Shown here: positions 19,964 through 30,020 of the stretch, one piece after another
Layout of the letters: the number at the start of each line of letters is the position of its first letter
Numbering within the stretch: the first letter of the stretch is position 1
Assembly: GCA_041744375.1 (NCBI GenBank)
Contig: JBGTLA010000049.1
Location: 5,629 to 69,628 of the forward strand
Length of the DNA stretch: 64,000 bases
Direction: 5' to 3'
Source: Acidimicrobiia bacterium
Lineage (GTDB): Bacteria; Actinomycetota; Acidimicrobiia; Spongiisociales; ZC4RG35
Translations under genes and position numbers: made by a program
The notes under the pieces: model-generated
The model's input: only the letters and a program-made list of their open reading frames with translations
The model's database searches: none
What the model was told of the DNA's origin: nothing

Positions 19964-20658
19964 TGACCGACATACGCTCTCATTTCCACCAGGAACTCGA
20001 ATCGCTCGAACACGTTCTCCTGGGGGTGGCGGATCGGGCTGAGTCGATGGTGAAGATGGCAGTCGACTCGTTCACGTCCGGTGATCTCGAATTGGCCGAC
20101 CGGGTGATCGAGGCAGACGACGAGATCGACCAGACCTACCTCGACGTCCACAACCGCTGGATGCACATGATGGCCCGCCAGCAACCCATGGGCTCTGACC
20201 TTCGCATGATGTCGGTGTTGCTCCACATGAACATCACCCTCGAGAGGATGGGCGATCAGTGTGTCAACATCGCCACAATGGCCAACGCCACCGAGGGCCT
20301 CCCCAGAGTCGACGTGATCGCCGATGAGCTGAGAGAGATGAGCGACCTGGTTCGGGCCATGCTCAGAACAGGGATCGAGGCAGTGATTCGGAGAGACGGC
20401 GACGAAGCCAGGTTGCTGCCGGCCATGGATGAACCTGTCGATCGGCTGAACAGGAACATGTATCAGGAGGTCGTCAAGTCCGGTCCGGATCCCGAGCGAT
20501 TGGAGTGGGCGACCAAGGCGATGCTGGTTTCCCGGGCCCTGGAACGGGTCGGCGACCAAGTCGTTGACATTGGCGAGCAGTTGGCGTTTCTCCTCACCGG
20601 TGAGATGGCCGAGTTCGACGAGGCCGGGATCGGCCACGCCAATGCACCCTCTGACTGA
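19963..20658 (+). CDS. phoU: Phosphate signalling complex protein PhoU
   Basis: The two PhoU repeats are recognisable (D..ID..Y; ITLERMGDQCVNIA and VSRALERVGDQVVDIGEQ). ATG 19963 overlaps the pstB stop (TGATG). Confidence 0.85.
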   Translation: MTDIRSHFHQELESLEHVLLGVADRAESMVKMAVDSFTSGDLELADRVIEADDEIDQTYLDVHNRWMHMMARQQPMGSDLRMMSVLLHMNITLERMGDQCVNIATMANATEGLPRVDVIADELREMSDLVRAMLRTGIEAVIRRDGDEARLLPAMDEPVDRLNRNMYQEVVKSGPDPERLEWATKAMLVSRALERVGDQVVDIGEQLAFLLTGEMAEFDEAGIGHANAPSD

Positions 20659-21352
20659 GGCGTCCCGACGCGTCCTCGTCGTCGAGGACGAGGAGGCGCT
20701 GGCGGAATCGATTCGTTTCTCCCTGGAGTCAGAGAACTACGAAGTCTTCACGGCCACCACCGGGGTAGAGGGCGTAGAGATGTCGCGCTCGGTCAAGCCG
20801 GCGCTCATCATCCTCGATCTGATGCTGCCGGGGATGTCGGGCCTCGACGTATGCCGCCAGATCCGAAGGGACTCAGACGTGCCGATCATGATGCTGACGG
20901 CGAAGGACTCTGAGGCCGACAAGGTGACGGGACTCGAGTTGGGGGCCGACGACTACGTCACAAAGCCGTTCTCGACGCGGGAGCTGTTGGCCAGGGTTCG
21001 GGCCCACCTGCGCCGAGCCGGACGCACGGGCACCTTCGGCGACACCAACGAGATTCTGCGGGGCGGTCGTATCGACCTCGACATAGATGCTCACGAGGCC
21101 AGGGTCGACGGGGCCCCGGTGGCTCTGCGACCCAAGGAGTTCGATCTGTTGGAATCGCTCATGCGACGTAAGAATCGTCTTTCCGCTCGTGAAGTGTTGA
21201 TCGACGAGGTGTGGGGACCCTCGTACTTCGGAGACACCAAGACCCTCGACGTCCACATCAAGCGTCTGAGATCCAAGCTCGAGACCGATCCATCTCGACC
21301 CGTTCAAATCGTCACGGTGCGAGGACTCGGCTACAAATTCGTGGATGGTTAG
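20642..21352 (+). CDS. OmpR/PhoB-family response regulator (PhoP/RegX3-like)
   Basis: Receiver domain VLVVEDEEA...ILDLMLPGMSGLDVC...MLTAKD and winged-helix output domain (VTVRGLGYKF). It lies between phoU and a PhoR-like kinase. Confidence 0.85.
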   Translation: MHPLTEASRRVLVVEDEEALAESIRFSLESENYEVFTATTGVEGVEMSRSVKPALIILDLMLPGMSGLDVCRQIRRDSDVPIMMLTAKDSEADKVTGLELGADDYVTKPFSTRELLARVRAHLRRAGRTGTFGDTNEILRGGRIDLDIDAHEARVDGAPVALRPKEFDLLESLMRRKNRLSAREVLIDEVWGPSYFGDTKTLDVHIKRLRSKLETDPSRPVQIVTVRGLGYKFVDG

Positions 21353-21363
21353 AAATCTGATCG

Positions 21364-23070
21364 ATGGCTGAGCCCCGCCGTCGATCCACCATCGCCACTC
21401 GACTCCTGGTCGTCTATGCCGTCACCTTCGTGCTGGTGCTCATCTTGTTGGGCTTCCTGACCGAGCGGTCGGCACGGGGCGCTCTCTTGGACGAGGTCGA
21501 GTCGGGGCTCACTCAACAGGCCCTGACCGTGGCCGACTTCGTTCCGGCTGTGTCTGGTGAAATCCAGGCGTGGGTTGACCTTGTCAGCGACGACATCGAG
21601 GCTCGGGTCACGGTGGTCTCACCCACGGGGGAGGTGGAGGGAGACTCGATCGGGGATCGAACCACCATGGAGAACCACATCGGTCGTCTGGAGATCGACG
21701 CCGCCCTGGAGGGTCGAGTGGGCACGGATCGGCGGTTGAGCGCGTCGACAGGGGCACGTGAGCTGTATGTGGCGGTCCTCGGCCAGAGTGGGCATGTGGT
21801 CCGATTGTCCCTCCCCGAGAGCTCGGTGGGTGAGCGGGTCAGCGCTCTCCGATCGGAGCTGCTGTGGTTGGTGGCTCTCGCGGGAGCGCTCGGGGTGGTG
21901 GTGGTGGCCGCAGTCGGTCGCTTGCTCGCCCGCCCTTTGGTCGGTCTGGCCGAGGCGGCCTCGGCGGTCGCTGCCGGCGATCTCGCCGTCGATGTGCCGC
22001 GATCGGCGGTGGACGAGCTCGATCGACTGGGACTGGCCATCGCCTCAATGGCTACCGAGTTGGGGGCCCGCCTCGCCGAGGTCGAAGCGGAGCGGCGCAC
22101 GCTGGGGGTGGTGCTCGACGCCCTTCCGCAGGGGACTCTCTTGGTCGGGGCCGATGACGGGATCCTCTATGCCAATCGCTCGCTGGCCGACATCCTCGGA
22201 CCGGTGCCGACCACTCTCGGCAAGGTGACTCCGTTCCGCATCCAGGAACTGGTAAGGCAGGCGCGCAGCGAGGGTGGTCCATTGGATGTCGACATGGAGC
22301 ACGGGCGACCCGGGCGCGTTTTACAGGTTCTCGTGTCGCCGCTGGATGGTGCCCGGGTCCTGGTAGTGGTGGGCGACGTGACGGAGCGTCGACGGATCAA
22401 CGAGGTCAGACGCGACTTCGTGACCAATGCGTCCCACGAGCTCAAGACTCCGGTCGCCTCGATTCTCGCCTCGGCCGAGACGCTACAGATTGCCGTCGAG
22501 CGCGCCCCCGACCGCGTTCCCCAGTTCGCAGCCCAGATCGTTAGCTCGGCTCGTTCGCTGGCGCGGCTGGTTTCCGACCTCCTCGATCTCTCGCGGCTGG
22601 AGAGCCGGGTGATGGAGCGAGAGGATGTCGACTTGTCGCAACTGGTGTGGACTGAAGTCGACGCCGTCCTTCCCTTGGCAGCCGAACGTGGGATCAGACT
22701 GATCTCGGAGATATCGCCCCTTACGGTGCGAGGCTCGGCTCCGGATTTGGCGCTGGCGGTTCGTAACCTCCTGAGCAACGCCGTCCGTTATACCGAAGAC
22801 GGTGGTGAGGTCAGAGTGAGCCTCCACGAAGATTCCGAGCGAAAGGTGCTCACCATCGCCGATACCGGCGTGGGAATTCCTCAGCGCGACCTCGACCGCA
22901 TCTTCGAGCGGTTCTACCGGGTGGATGTCGCTCGATCTCGGTCAACCGGAGGAACCGGCTTGGGCCTGTCGATGGTTCGTCACGTCGTGGAGGCCCATGG
23001 TGGCCGGGTCGGTGTCGAGTCGGAGCTGGGCGCCGGTTCGAGCTTCACCATCGAGCTACCCTCAGACTGA
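21364..23070 (+). CDS. Sensor histidine kinase, PhoR/SenX3-like (TM-HAMP-PAS-HisKA-HATPase)
   Basis: 568 aa. Two TM segments flank a periplasmic region. PAS-like LPQGTLLVGADDGILYANRSLADILG, H-box FVTNASHELKTPVASI, N-box LLSNAVRYT and G-boxes DTGVGI / GGTGLGLSMV. Confidence 0.85.
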   Translation: MAEPRRRSTIATRLLVVYAVTFVLVLILLGFLTERSARGALLDEVESGLTQQALTVADFVPAVSGEIQAWVDLVSDDIEARVTVVSPTGEVEGDSIGDRTTMENHIGRLEIDAALEGRVGTDRRLSASTGARELYVAVLGQSGHVVRLSLPESSVGERVSALRSELLWLVALAGALGVVVVAAVGRLLARPLVGLAEAASAVAAGDLAVDVPRSAVDELDRLGLAIASMATELGARLAEVEAERRTLGVVLDALPQGTLLVGADDGILYANRSLADILGPVPTTLGKVTPFRIQELVRQARSEGGPLDVDMEHGRPGRVLQVLVSPLDGARVLVVVGDVTERRRINEVRRDFVTNASHELKTPVASILASAETLQIAVERAPDRVPQFAAQIVSSARSLARLVSDLLDLSRLESRVMEREDVDLSQLVWTEVDAVLPLAAERGIRLISEISPLTVRGSAPDLALAVRNLLSNAVRYTEDGGEVRVSLHEDSERKVLTIADTGVGIPQRDLDRIFERFYRVDVARSRSTGGTGLGLSMVRHVVEAHGGRVGVESELGAGSSFTIELPSD

Positions 23071-23138
23071 TGCTCCGGCCCCGGGGAGGTGGGCTGTGCG
23101 TCTGGTTGGCGAAGTGGGGAAGGTACGCTTCTGCCACC

Positions 23139-25028
23139 ATGCCGCCGCCACCACCGGACGAGAGCGGGCAGAGGCTCCTCCCGACCATCCGCCAACCGTC
23201 GGATCTGCGCCGCCTCGATCCCGAGCAGCTCGACCGTCTGTGTGTCGAGATCCGTCAATTCATCGTGGAGGCGGTATCGCAGACCGGCGGCCACCTCTCT
23301 CCCAACCTGGGTGTGGTGGAGTTGACCCTCGCCCTCCACCGCGTCTTCAACTCCCCCAAGGACAGGTTCATCTGGGATGTCGGTCATCAGGCTTACGTCC
23401 ACAAACTAGTGACAGGTCGCCAGGATCGTTTCGCGGCTCTCCGGCGCTTCGGAGGGCTCTCGGGTTATCCGAGTCGCGAGGAGAGCCCGCACGATTGGGT
23501 CGAGAACAGTCACGCTTCCACCTCGCTGTCCTATGCGCTCGGTCACGCCTTGGCCGGCTACGAAGGGTGGACGGTGGCCATCATCGGTGACGGCGCCCTG
23601 ACCGGCGGGATGGCCTACGAGGCGCTCAACCACATCGCCGTGACCCGTCCTCCCCGCCTCGTCGTCGTTCTCAACGACAATGGTCGTTCGTACGCTCCCA
23701 CCGTGGGCGGCCTGGCTTCGCTCGCCACCCTGGCCCACTACCGGTTCGATCCCCGTTACGAGTGGGCGAAGCGCAGCGTTGGGAAGATCCTGCGCGGCCT
23801 CCCCATCGTTGGTGACACCGCCGACGAACTGGCCAACCGATTCAAGGAAGCGGCCAAGCAGCTGGTGGAGCCGTCGACGGTGTTCGATGCCCTCGGTCTC
23901 AAGTACTCCGGACACATCGACGGCCACGACATCGCCCTCCTCGAGGAAACCTTCGAGAGAGCCCGCGAGTACGAAGAGCCGGTAGTCGTGCATGTCGTCA
24001 CCGAGAAAGGACTCGGGTATCCCCCGGCCATCGAGGACGAGGACAAGAAGCTGCATGATGTCGGCAGCTTCGATCTCAGCACGGGTCGTGTGTTGGACAG
24101 CGAGCTGAAGCTCACCGACGTTGCCGGTTCGGCTCTCGCCGACGTAGCCGAGCGCCGTCCCGAGGTTGTTGCCATATCGGCGGCCATGATTTCGTCGACC
24201 GGTCTCCGCCAGCTTGCCGCCCGTCACCCCGGGCGTGTGCTGGATACTGGCATCGCCGAGCAGCACTCCGTCACTCTGGCCGCCGGGATGGCCATGGCCG
24301 GCAAACACCCCTTCGTGGCCATCTACTCCAGTTTCTTGCAGCGTGGCATCGACCAGATCATCAACGACGTCGCCCTCCACAACCTCGGTGTCACGTTTCT
24401 CCTCGACCGGAGCGGAATCACCGGGCCCGACGGACCATCGCATCACGGTGTCTTCGACCTCACCTACCTTCGGATGGTTCCCAACCTGGTCCTCGGCGCC
24501 CCCGCCGACGCTCACGAGCTGTGCGCCATGATCGAGACGGCCGCCGCCTACGGGGGCCCGATGGCGATCCGCTACCCGAAAGGAGCTGCTGCTTCGCTAC
24601 CGAAACTGCCGGTGGAGATGTTGACCGTCGGTGAGTGGGAGATCCGATCGACAGGTGCAGACGTGCTCCTCTTGGCCAATGGGCGTCTGGTAGAGACGGC
24701 CGAGAAGGTAGCGACCACGCTCGGGCAAGACGGGGTGAGCTGTACAGTAATAAACGCCCGGTGGGTCAAGCCCCTCGACGAGAGACTGGCCGAATGGGCC
24801 AGAGAGCACGCCGTGGTCGTTACGCTCGAGGACAATGTCATCACGGGGGGCTTCGGCTCGGGGGTCCTGGAAGCGTTGTCGAACGAAGGCCTGGCGGGCC
24901 GGGTTTCCTGCATCGCCACTCCTGACTCCTTCCTCCCCTTCGGCACCGCCGAGGACGTCATCGGCTGGGCCGGCCTCGATCATGACTCGGTGCTGGCCCA
25001 GGTCAACGCGGCCCTCGCCCGGCTCTGA
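23139..25028 (+). CDS. dxs: 1-deoxy-D-xylulose-5-phosphate synthase
   Basis: GGHLSPNLGVVELTLALH, IWDVGHQAYVHKL, TPP motif GDGALTGGMAYEALN and VLNDN. C-terminal transketolase-like domains. Confidence 0.9.
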   Translation: MPPPPPDESGQRLLPTIRQPSDLRRLDPEQLDRLCVEIRQFIVEAVSQTGGHLSPNLGVVELTLALHRVFNSPKDRFIWDVGHQAYVHKLVTGRQDRFAALRRFGGLSGYPSREESPHDWVENSHASTSLSYALGHALAGYEGWTVAIIGDGALTGGMAYEALNHIAVTRPPRLVVVLNDNGRSYAPTVGGLASLATLAHYRFDPRYEWAKRSVGKILRGLPIVGDTADELANRFKEAAKQLVEPSTVFDALGLKYSGHIDGHDIALLEETFERAREYEEPVVVHVVTEKGLGYPPAIEDEDKKLHDVGSFDLSTGRVLDSELKLTDVAGSALADVAERRPEVVAISAAMISSTGLRQLAARHPGRVLDTGIAEQHSVTLAAGMAMAGKHPFVAIYSSFLQRGIDQIINDVALHNLGVTFLLDRSGITGPDGPSHHGVFDLTYLRMVPNLVLGAPADAHELCAMIETAAAYGGPMAIRYPKGAAASLPKLPVEMLTVGEWEIRSTGADVLLLANGRLVETAEKVATTLGQDGVSCTVINARWVKPLDERLAEWAREHAVVVTLEDNVITGGFGSGVLEALSNEGLAGRVSCIATPDSFLPFGTAEDVIGWAGLDHDSVLAQVNAALARL

Positions 25029-25036
25029 CCTCTCCG

Positions 25037-26332
25037 ATGCCGGTCCGTGTCGTCACCTTCGACGCCGACGACACCTTGTGGGACTTCTCGTCGGTGGTCC
25101 CCGGCGCGAACACGGCGGTCGTCGACCACCTGCGTCGGCTCGACCCCGATTTCGGGGGCACTGTCGAGGACCTGGTCGAGACTCGGCGCCTGGTGGGAGA
25201 GGAGAGCCCCCACGGGACCCCCTTCCCGCTCATTCGTCATCGGACCATAGAGCGCTTCGTGGCCGGTTGGGCTGAGCCCGACCCCGGTCTGGTCACCGAG
25301 TTGACCGCCGTCTTCTTCGATCATCGCGATCGCCACGTGCAGCTCTTCGACGACGTGGAGCCGATGCTCGACGACCTCGAGAACGACGTCGTCGTGGGGG
25401 TGATCACCAACGGGGCCATGGTGTGGAAGTCGACGACGATCGCCGACCGGATAACCTTCTGGCTGGCGGCCGATCAGATCGGTGTGCGCAAACCCGACCC
25501 CCGCATCTTCTCGATGGCGGCCGTGGCCGCCGATTGCCGCCCCAGGGAGCTTGTACACGTAGGCGACGAGATCGCCAGGGACGTGGTCGGAGCACAGGCG
25601 GCGGGGGCACGAGGTGTCTGGTTGAATCGGGGGCGCACGGCGCGACGGGGGCCCAAGCCGGACGCCGAGATCGCCACCTTGGGTGAGCTCGCTCCGCTTC
25701 TGGCTGCATGGAGCACAGTCGCTGAGGTGGGCGTTGGGCCCCACCCCCTTCCGTGGCCGGAGGATCACCGCCTCGACCCGACGCTTCTCGCCGAGGGCGA
25801 CCGACGCAATGTGGTCGACAGATACCGCTACTGGACGCGCCGGGCCATCGTCGACGATCTTGATGGCCGGCGTCACCCCTTCCATGTCGCCATCGAGAAC
25901 TGGCACCACGACCTCAACATCGGAACGGTCGTCCGCACAGCCAATGCCTTCGGTGCGGCCGCAGTTCACATCGTCGGCAACCGGCGCTGGAACCGGAGAG
26001 GGGCGATGGTCACCGACCGATACCAGCATGTCCGTCACCACGACACGATCGAAGCCCTACTCGGTTGGGCCGAGGATGAGAGGCTGGCGGTGGTCGGCAT
26101 TGACAACGTGGCGGGGGCGAAGCAACTCGAGAACGCCGGTCTCCCCGAGCGAACAATGTTCGTGTTCGGCCAGGAGAGTGGAGGACTGTCGGAGTCGGCC
26201 AAGGCGCGGGTGGCCGACGTGTACTCGATCGCCCAATTCGGGTCGACACGGTCGATCAACGCCGGGGTAGCCGCGGGCATCGCCATGCACGCCTGGGTGC
26301 GCCAGCACGCCCGCCCACCCGGCAGCGTCTGA
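25037..26332 (+). CDS. Fusion protein: N-terminal HAD-superfamily hydrolase + C-terminal SpoU/TrmH-type RNA 2'-O-methyltransferase
   Basis: HAD motif I VVTFDADDTLWDF, motif II VITNG and motif IV HVGDEIARDV. The C-terminal half has SPOUT motifs (NIGTVVRTANAFGA, FVFGQESGGLS, STRSINAGVAAGIAMHAW). Confidence 0.75.
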   Translation: MPVRVVTFDADDTLWDFSSVVPGANTAVVDHLRRLDPDFGGTVEDLVETRRLVGEESPHGTPFPLIRHRTIERFVAGWAEPDPGLVTELTAVFFDHRDRHVQLFDDVEPMLDDLENDVVVGVITNGAMVWKSTTIADRITFWLAADQIGVRKPDPRIFSMAAVAADCRPRELVHVGDEIARDVVGAQAAGARGVWLNRGRTARRGPKPDAEIATLGELAPLLAAWSTVAEVGVGPHPLPWPEDHRLDPTLLAEGDRRNVVDRYRYWTRRAIVDDLDGRRHPFHVAIENWHHDLNIGTVVRTANAFGAAAVHIVGNRRWNRRGAMVTDRYQHVRHHDTIEALLGWAEDERLAVVGIDNVAGAKQLENAGLPERTMFVFGQESGGLSESAKARVADVYSIAQFGSTRSINAGVAAGIAMHAWVRQHARPPGSV

Positions 26333-26421
26333 ACCCGGCATCCCACGGTCCGGCCCAGACAGCTAGGGTCGATGTCAGCCGGGCACTTTGGGTCCGACTG
26401 ATTCCCAAGGAGGAAAAACGA

Positions 26422-27537
26422 ATGACACGACGACTTATCGCCTTGATGGCGGTGTTGGCCATGGTGATGGCCGCTTGCACAACAGCCGCCGACGACCCCA
26501 CCACCACCCCAGCAGGGACGGACGAGACGACAGCAACTGAGCCGGAAGCGCCTGCCCCAGGCGGCGGCGACACTTTGAACGCCATCCGCGACCGCGGGTC
26601 GTTCAGCTGTGGCGTCAACCAGGCTGTCCCCGGGTTCGGGTTCGTCGATGAAGACGGGAACTACAGCGGATTCGACATCGATTACTGCCGGGCGCTCGCC
26701 GTGGCCGTGTTCGGCGACGAGGATGCTGTCGAGTATGTGCCTCTCGATGCAGCTCAGCGCTTCACAGCCCTCCAGTCGGGAGAGATAGACGTCCTCATCC
26801 GTAACACGACCTGGACGGCGACACGGGACGGCGCCGAAGGTGCGACATTCCTCACGACCACGTTTTACGACGGCCAGGGCATGATGGTCCGGGCGGATGA
26901 GGGTTTCTCGTCGATCGAGGACATGGCCGACACGGCAGTCTGTGTGCTCTCGGGCACGACAACCGAGCTCAACCTCGCCACCCGTTTCGGCTCGATCCCC
27001 TACACCCCTCAAACGTTCGACGACAACGAGACTCTTCAGGCGGCCTTCATCGCCGGCCAGTGTGACGGCTGGACCTCGGACAAGTCGCAGTTGGCCGGGG
27101 TCAGGTCGAACTTCCCCGACGCCGAGGGCGGGCCGGACTCTCTTGTGATTCTCGACGAGACTTTCTCCAAGGAGCCATTGGGCCCCGCAGTGAGGGACGG
27201 CGACAGTGAGTGGGCGCAGGTCGTCGACTGGGTCGTTCTCGTGACGATCCTCGCCGAGGAACTGGGGATCGACTCCACCAACGTGGACGGGTTCGGCGAC
27301 ACCGAGAACACGGACATCCGACGGCTGCTCGGCCTCGAGATCACCGATGCTGACGGGAACACCACGGTGTTCGACCCCGGATTGGGTCTCGAGACGGATT
27401 GGGTCGCCGGGGTGATTGCCGCGGTGGGCAACTACGGCGAGATCTACGATCGCAACGTTGAACCTCTGGGTGTCCCCCGTGGGCCCAACGCCCTCTTCGA
27501 GGATGGCGGGCTGCTCTACGCCCCGCCCTATCGCTGA
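26422..27537 (+). CDS. General L-amino-acid ABC transporter substrate-binding lipoprotein (AapJ/BztA-like)
   Basis: Lipobox VMAACT and Shine-Dalgarno AAGGAGG. Family-3 SBP features (FSCGVNQAVPGFGFVDEDGNYSGFDIDYCRALA; LIRNTTWT). Confidence 0.8.
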   Translation: MTRRLIALMAVLAMVMAACTTAADDPTTTPAGTDETTATEPEAPAPGGGDTLNAIRDRGSFSCGVNQAVPGFGFVDEDGNYSGFDIDYCRALAVAVFGDEDAVEYVPLDAAQRFTALQSGEIDVLIRNTTWTATRDGAEGATFLTTTFYDGQGMMVRADEGFSSIEDMADTAVCVLSGTTTELNLATRFGSIPYTPQTFDDNETLQAAFIAGQCDGWTSDKSQLAGVRSNFPDAEGGPDSLVILDETFSKEPLGPAVRDGDSEWAQVVDWVVLVTILAEELGIDSTNVDGFGDTENTDIRRLLGLEITDADGNTTVFDPGLGLETDWVAGVIAAVGNYGEIYDRNVEPLGVPRGPNALFEDGGLLYAPPYR

Positions 27538-27584
27538 CAAACAGGCCTGGGGGGAGTGTCGTCTGACACTCCCCCCACATCACC

Positions 27585-28763
27585 ATGGACGTGACCCCCT
27601 CCACCGTCGGTGCCACCCGGCCGCCCCTGTGGCGCGACCTGCGCGTGCTCCGGGTCGTAATCCAGATAGTGGCGCTGGCGGCGGTGGGGATCGTCCTCTA
27701 TGTCCTCTGGTTCAATCTGACCAACAACCTCCGTTCCCAGGGGATCAGGACCGACTTTGGTTTTCTGGATCAGCCCATCGGTGTCAACATCGCCGGTTCG
27801 AACATCGGTTCCGGAGCTACGGTGCGCCGGGCGTTGGGGGTGGGTATCCGGAACACGGCCGCGCTGGCCGTAGTGGGCTTGCCGCTGTTGACAGTCCTGG
27901 GAGTGGTAGTCGGGATCGCCCGATTGTCGACGAACTGGATCGTCTCCAAGCTGGCGGCCGTGTACGTAGAGGTATTCCGCAACCTTCCTCCACTCCTCAT
28001 CATCGTTTTTGGCTTCCGGGCGGTGGTGCTCAGGCTTCCCCCCCCTCGTGACCCCGCCACCCCCTTTGACCTATTCATAGTTTCCAACCTGAGCATTACC
28101 GTGCCCGGGTTCACCGCCGTCGAGGGGTTCGCAACGTTCTGGCTGACAGTGGCTCTGGCTGCCGTCGCGGCGGGAGGGGTGTGGTGGTGGAGGACGCGGG
28201 TCTTCGATCGGACGGGGAAGCCGCATCACCGCATCCTGTGGTCGGTCGGGTTGGTGGTGGCGGTGGCTGCCGTCGCCTACGCCATCCTCGGCCGACCGAT
28301 CCGGCTCTCGATCCCACAATTGAACGGTCGGGCAATCAGCGGCGGTTTCACCGGCTTCGGATCGTTCTTCGCGGTGATGGGTGCCCTCGTGTTGTACCAG
28401 GCGAGTCATGTGGCCGAGATCGTGCGGGGATCGATACAGGCCATCCCGAGGGGACAGAACGAAGCAGCCTCGGCCCTGGCCCTCTCGCCCTTTCAGCGTA
28501 TGCGACACGTGGTGCTGCCGCAGGCCACTCGCATCGCCATTCCTCCGACCATCAACCAGTATCTCAACTATGTGAAGAACACGTCCTTGGCGATAGCCGT
28601 GGGATTCGCCGACTACGTCAACATTGCCTTTCAGGCCATAGGTAACGGCCAGCCCGCTCCCCAGTTGATCCTTATCGTCATGGGTGGGTACCTGTTCTTC
28701 TCCCTCCTGATATCCCTCGTGGTCAACATTCTCAACCGGCGGCTCCAGTTGGTGACGCGGTGA
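27585..28763 (+). CDS. Amino-acid ABC transporter permease (AapQ/BztB-like)
   Basis: 392 aa, multi-TM. EAA loop EIVRGSIQAIPRGQNEAASALALSPFQRMRHVVLPQA. Confidence 0.8.
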   Translation: MDVTPSTVGATRPPLWRDLRVLRVVIQIVALAAVGIVLYVLWFNLTNNLRSQGIRTDFGFLDQPIGVNIAGSNIGSGATVRRALGVGIRNTAALAVVGLPLLTVLGVVVGIARLSTNWIVSKLAAVYVEVFRNLPPLLIIVFGFRAVVLRLPPPRDPATPFDLFIVSNLSITVPGFTAVEGFATFWLTVALAAVAAGGVWWWRTRVFDRTGKPHHRILWSVGLVVAVAAVAYAILGRPIRLSIPQLNGRAISGGFTGFGSFFAVMGALVLYQASHVAEIVRGSIQAIPRGQNEAASALALSPFQRMRHVVLPQATRIAIPPTINQYLNYVKNTSLAIAVGFADYVNIAFQAIGNGQPAPQLILIVMGGYLFFSLLISLVVNILNRRLQLVTR

Positions 28764-30001
28764 CGACCGGCACCGAAACGGCACGTCGTCCGCCGCCCCA
28801 TCCCGCCACCTCCCGGGCGATGTGGATGCGGAGGAACCTCTTCCCAACGTGGTGGGACAGTCTCCTCACCGTGATCTTCGGGGTGGTGGCGGTGTGGGGA
28901 GCAGTCACGCTCGTGCAGTTCCTGGTGACCTCCGACTACACCATCATTCGGGTCAATCTGGCCAACTTCATCGTGGGTCGGTTCCCCCGAGACGAGCTGT
29001 GGCGTCCTGCCGTGGCCCTGGTCGTGACGTTGGCGGCCATCGGCTTCGTTGCGGGAGTGGCGAGCGCGGCGGCTCGGGCCGTGGCTCTCGACGAAGGATC
29101 CTCTTTCCGTTCGGCCTCTTTCGTAGAGAACCTGCGCCGCCAGTGGCCGCTGCTTGTCACGATCTTCGTTGTTCTGATGCTCACCGAGACGTGGGGTCCG
29201 AGATTGACCGTCTTGGTGGCGGTCGCCGCCGCATTTCTTGCGTTCATCGGCGGCAAGCGAGCACCGGCGGCTGTGCGGCGGTGGGCGTGGCTGTTGGCGT
29301 TGGTGATGCTCGGGGTCGCCTATGCGATCTTGGTCGTGGCCGGGGGGGTCGGGTGGGGTGGATGGGGCGGAATCCAGCTCAACATCTTCCTGACGGTGGC
29401 GGGCATCCTCCTTGCTTTCCCCCTCGGACTGGTGCTTGCCCTGGGACGCCGGTCGTCCTTGCCGGCCGTTCGCTTGGTATCCGTCAGCTATATCGAGCTC
29501 ATCAGAGGTGTGCCGCTCATAACGCTGTTGCTGATGGGGATCTTTGCCATCGGGTTTTTCCTTCCAGCCGGCATCCGTCCCGGACCGGTGGCGCGAGTCC
29601 TCATCGCCATAACCCTGTTCGAGGCCGCCTACATTGCCGAGGTCGTCCGCGGTGGCCTGCAATCCGTTCACCACGGACAGGTGGAGGCGTCGCAGGCGCT
29701 GGGAATGGCACCCTGGAAGACGACGAGGCTCATAGTCTTGCCCCAAGCCCTGCGAGCCACCATCCCCGCCATGGTCGGCCAGTTCATCAGCCTCTTCAAA
29801 GACACCACTCTGGTGTCCCTGGTCGGGCTTTTCGACGTTCTGACGATCTCGGGCGTAGCCAATGCCCAGCCCGCCTTCTTGGCTCAGGGACTCGAGACCG
29901 TCACGCTGCCGTTCGTAGGCTTGTTGTTCTGGGTTGGCTCGTATGCGATGTCGCGCGAAGCGCGGCGTCTGGAGAAAAGGCTGGGAGTGGGCGAACGATG
30001 A
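28760..30001 (+). CDS. Amino-acid ABC transporter permease (AapM/BztC-like)
   Basis: 413 aa, multi-TM. EAA loop [37 protein letters not shown]. 4-nt overlap with the preceding permease. Confidence 0.8.
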   Translation: MTTGTETARRPPPHPATSRAMWMRRNLFPTWWDSLLTVIFGVVAVWGAVTLVQFLVTSDYTIIRVNLANFIVGRFPRDELWRPAVALVVTLAAIGFVAGVASAAARAVALDEGSSFRSASFVENLRRQWPLLVTIFVVLMLTETWGPRLTVLVAVAAAFLAFIGGKRAPAAVRRWAWLLALVMLGVAYAILVVAGGVGWGGWGGIQLNIFLTVAGILLAFPLGLVLALGRRSSLPAVRLVSVSYIELIRGVPLITLLLMGIFAIGFFLPAGIRPGPVARVLIAITLFEAAYIAEVVRGGLQSVHHGQVEASQALGMAPWKTTRLIVLPQALRATIPAMVGQFISLFKDTTLVSLVGLFDVLTISGVANAQPAFLAQGLETVTLPFVGLLFWVGSYAMSREARRLEKRLGVGER

Positions 30002-30020
30002 GGAGGAACCTTTGACCGAC

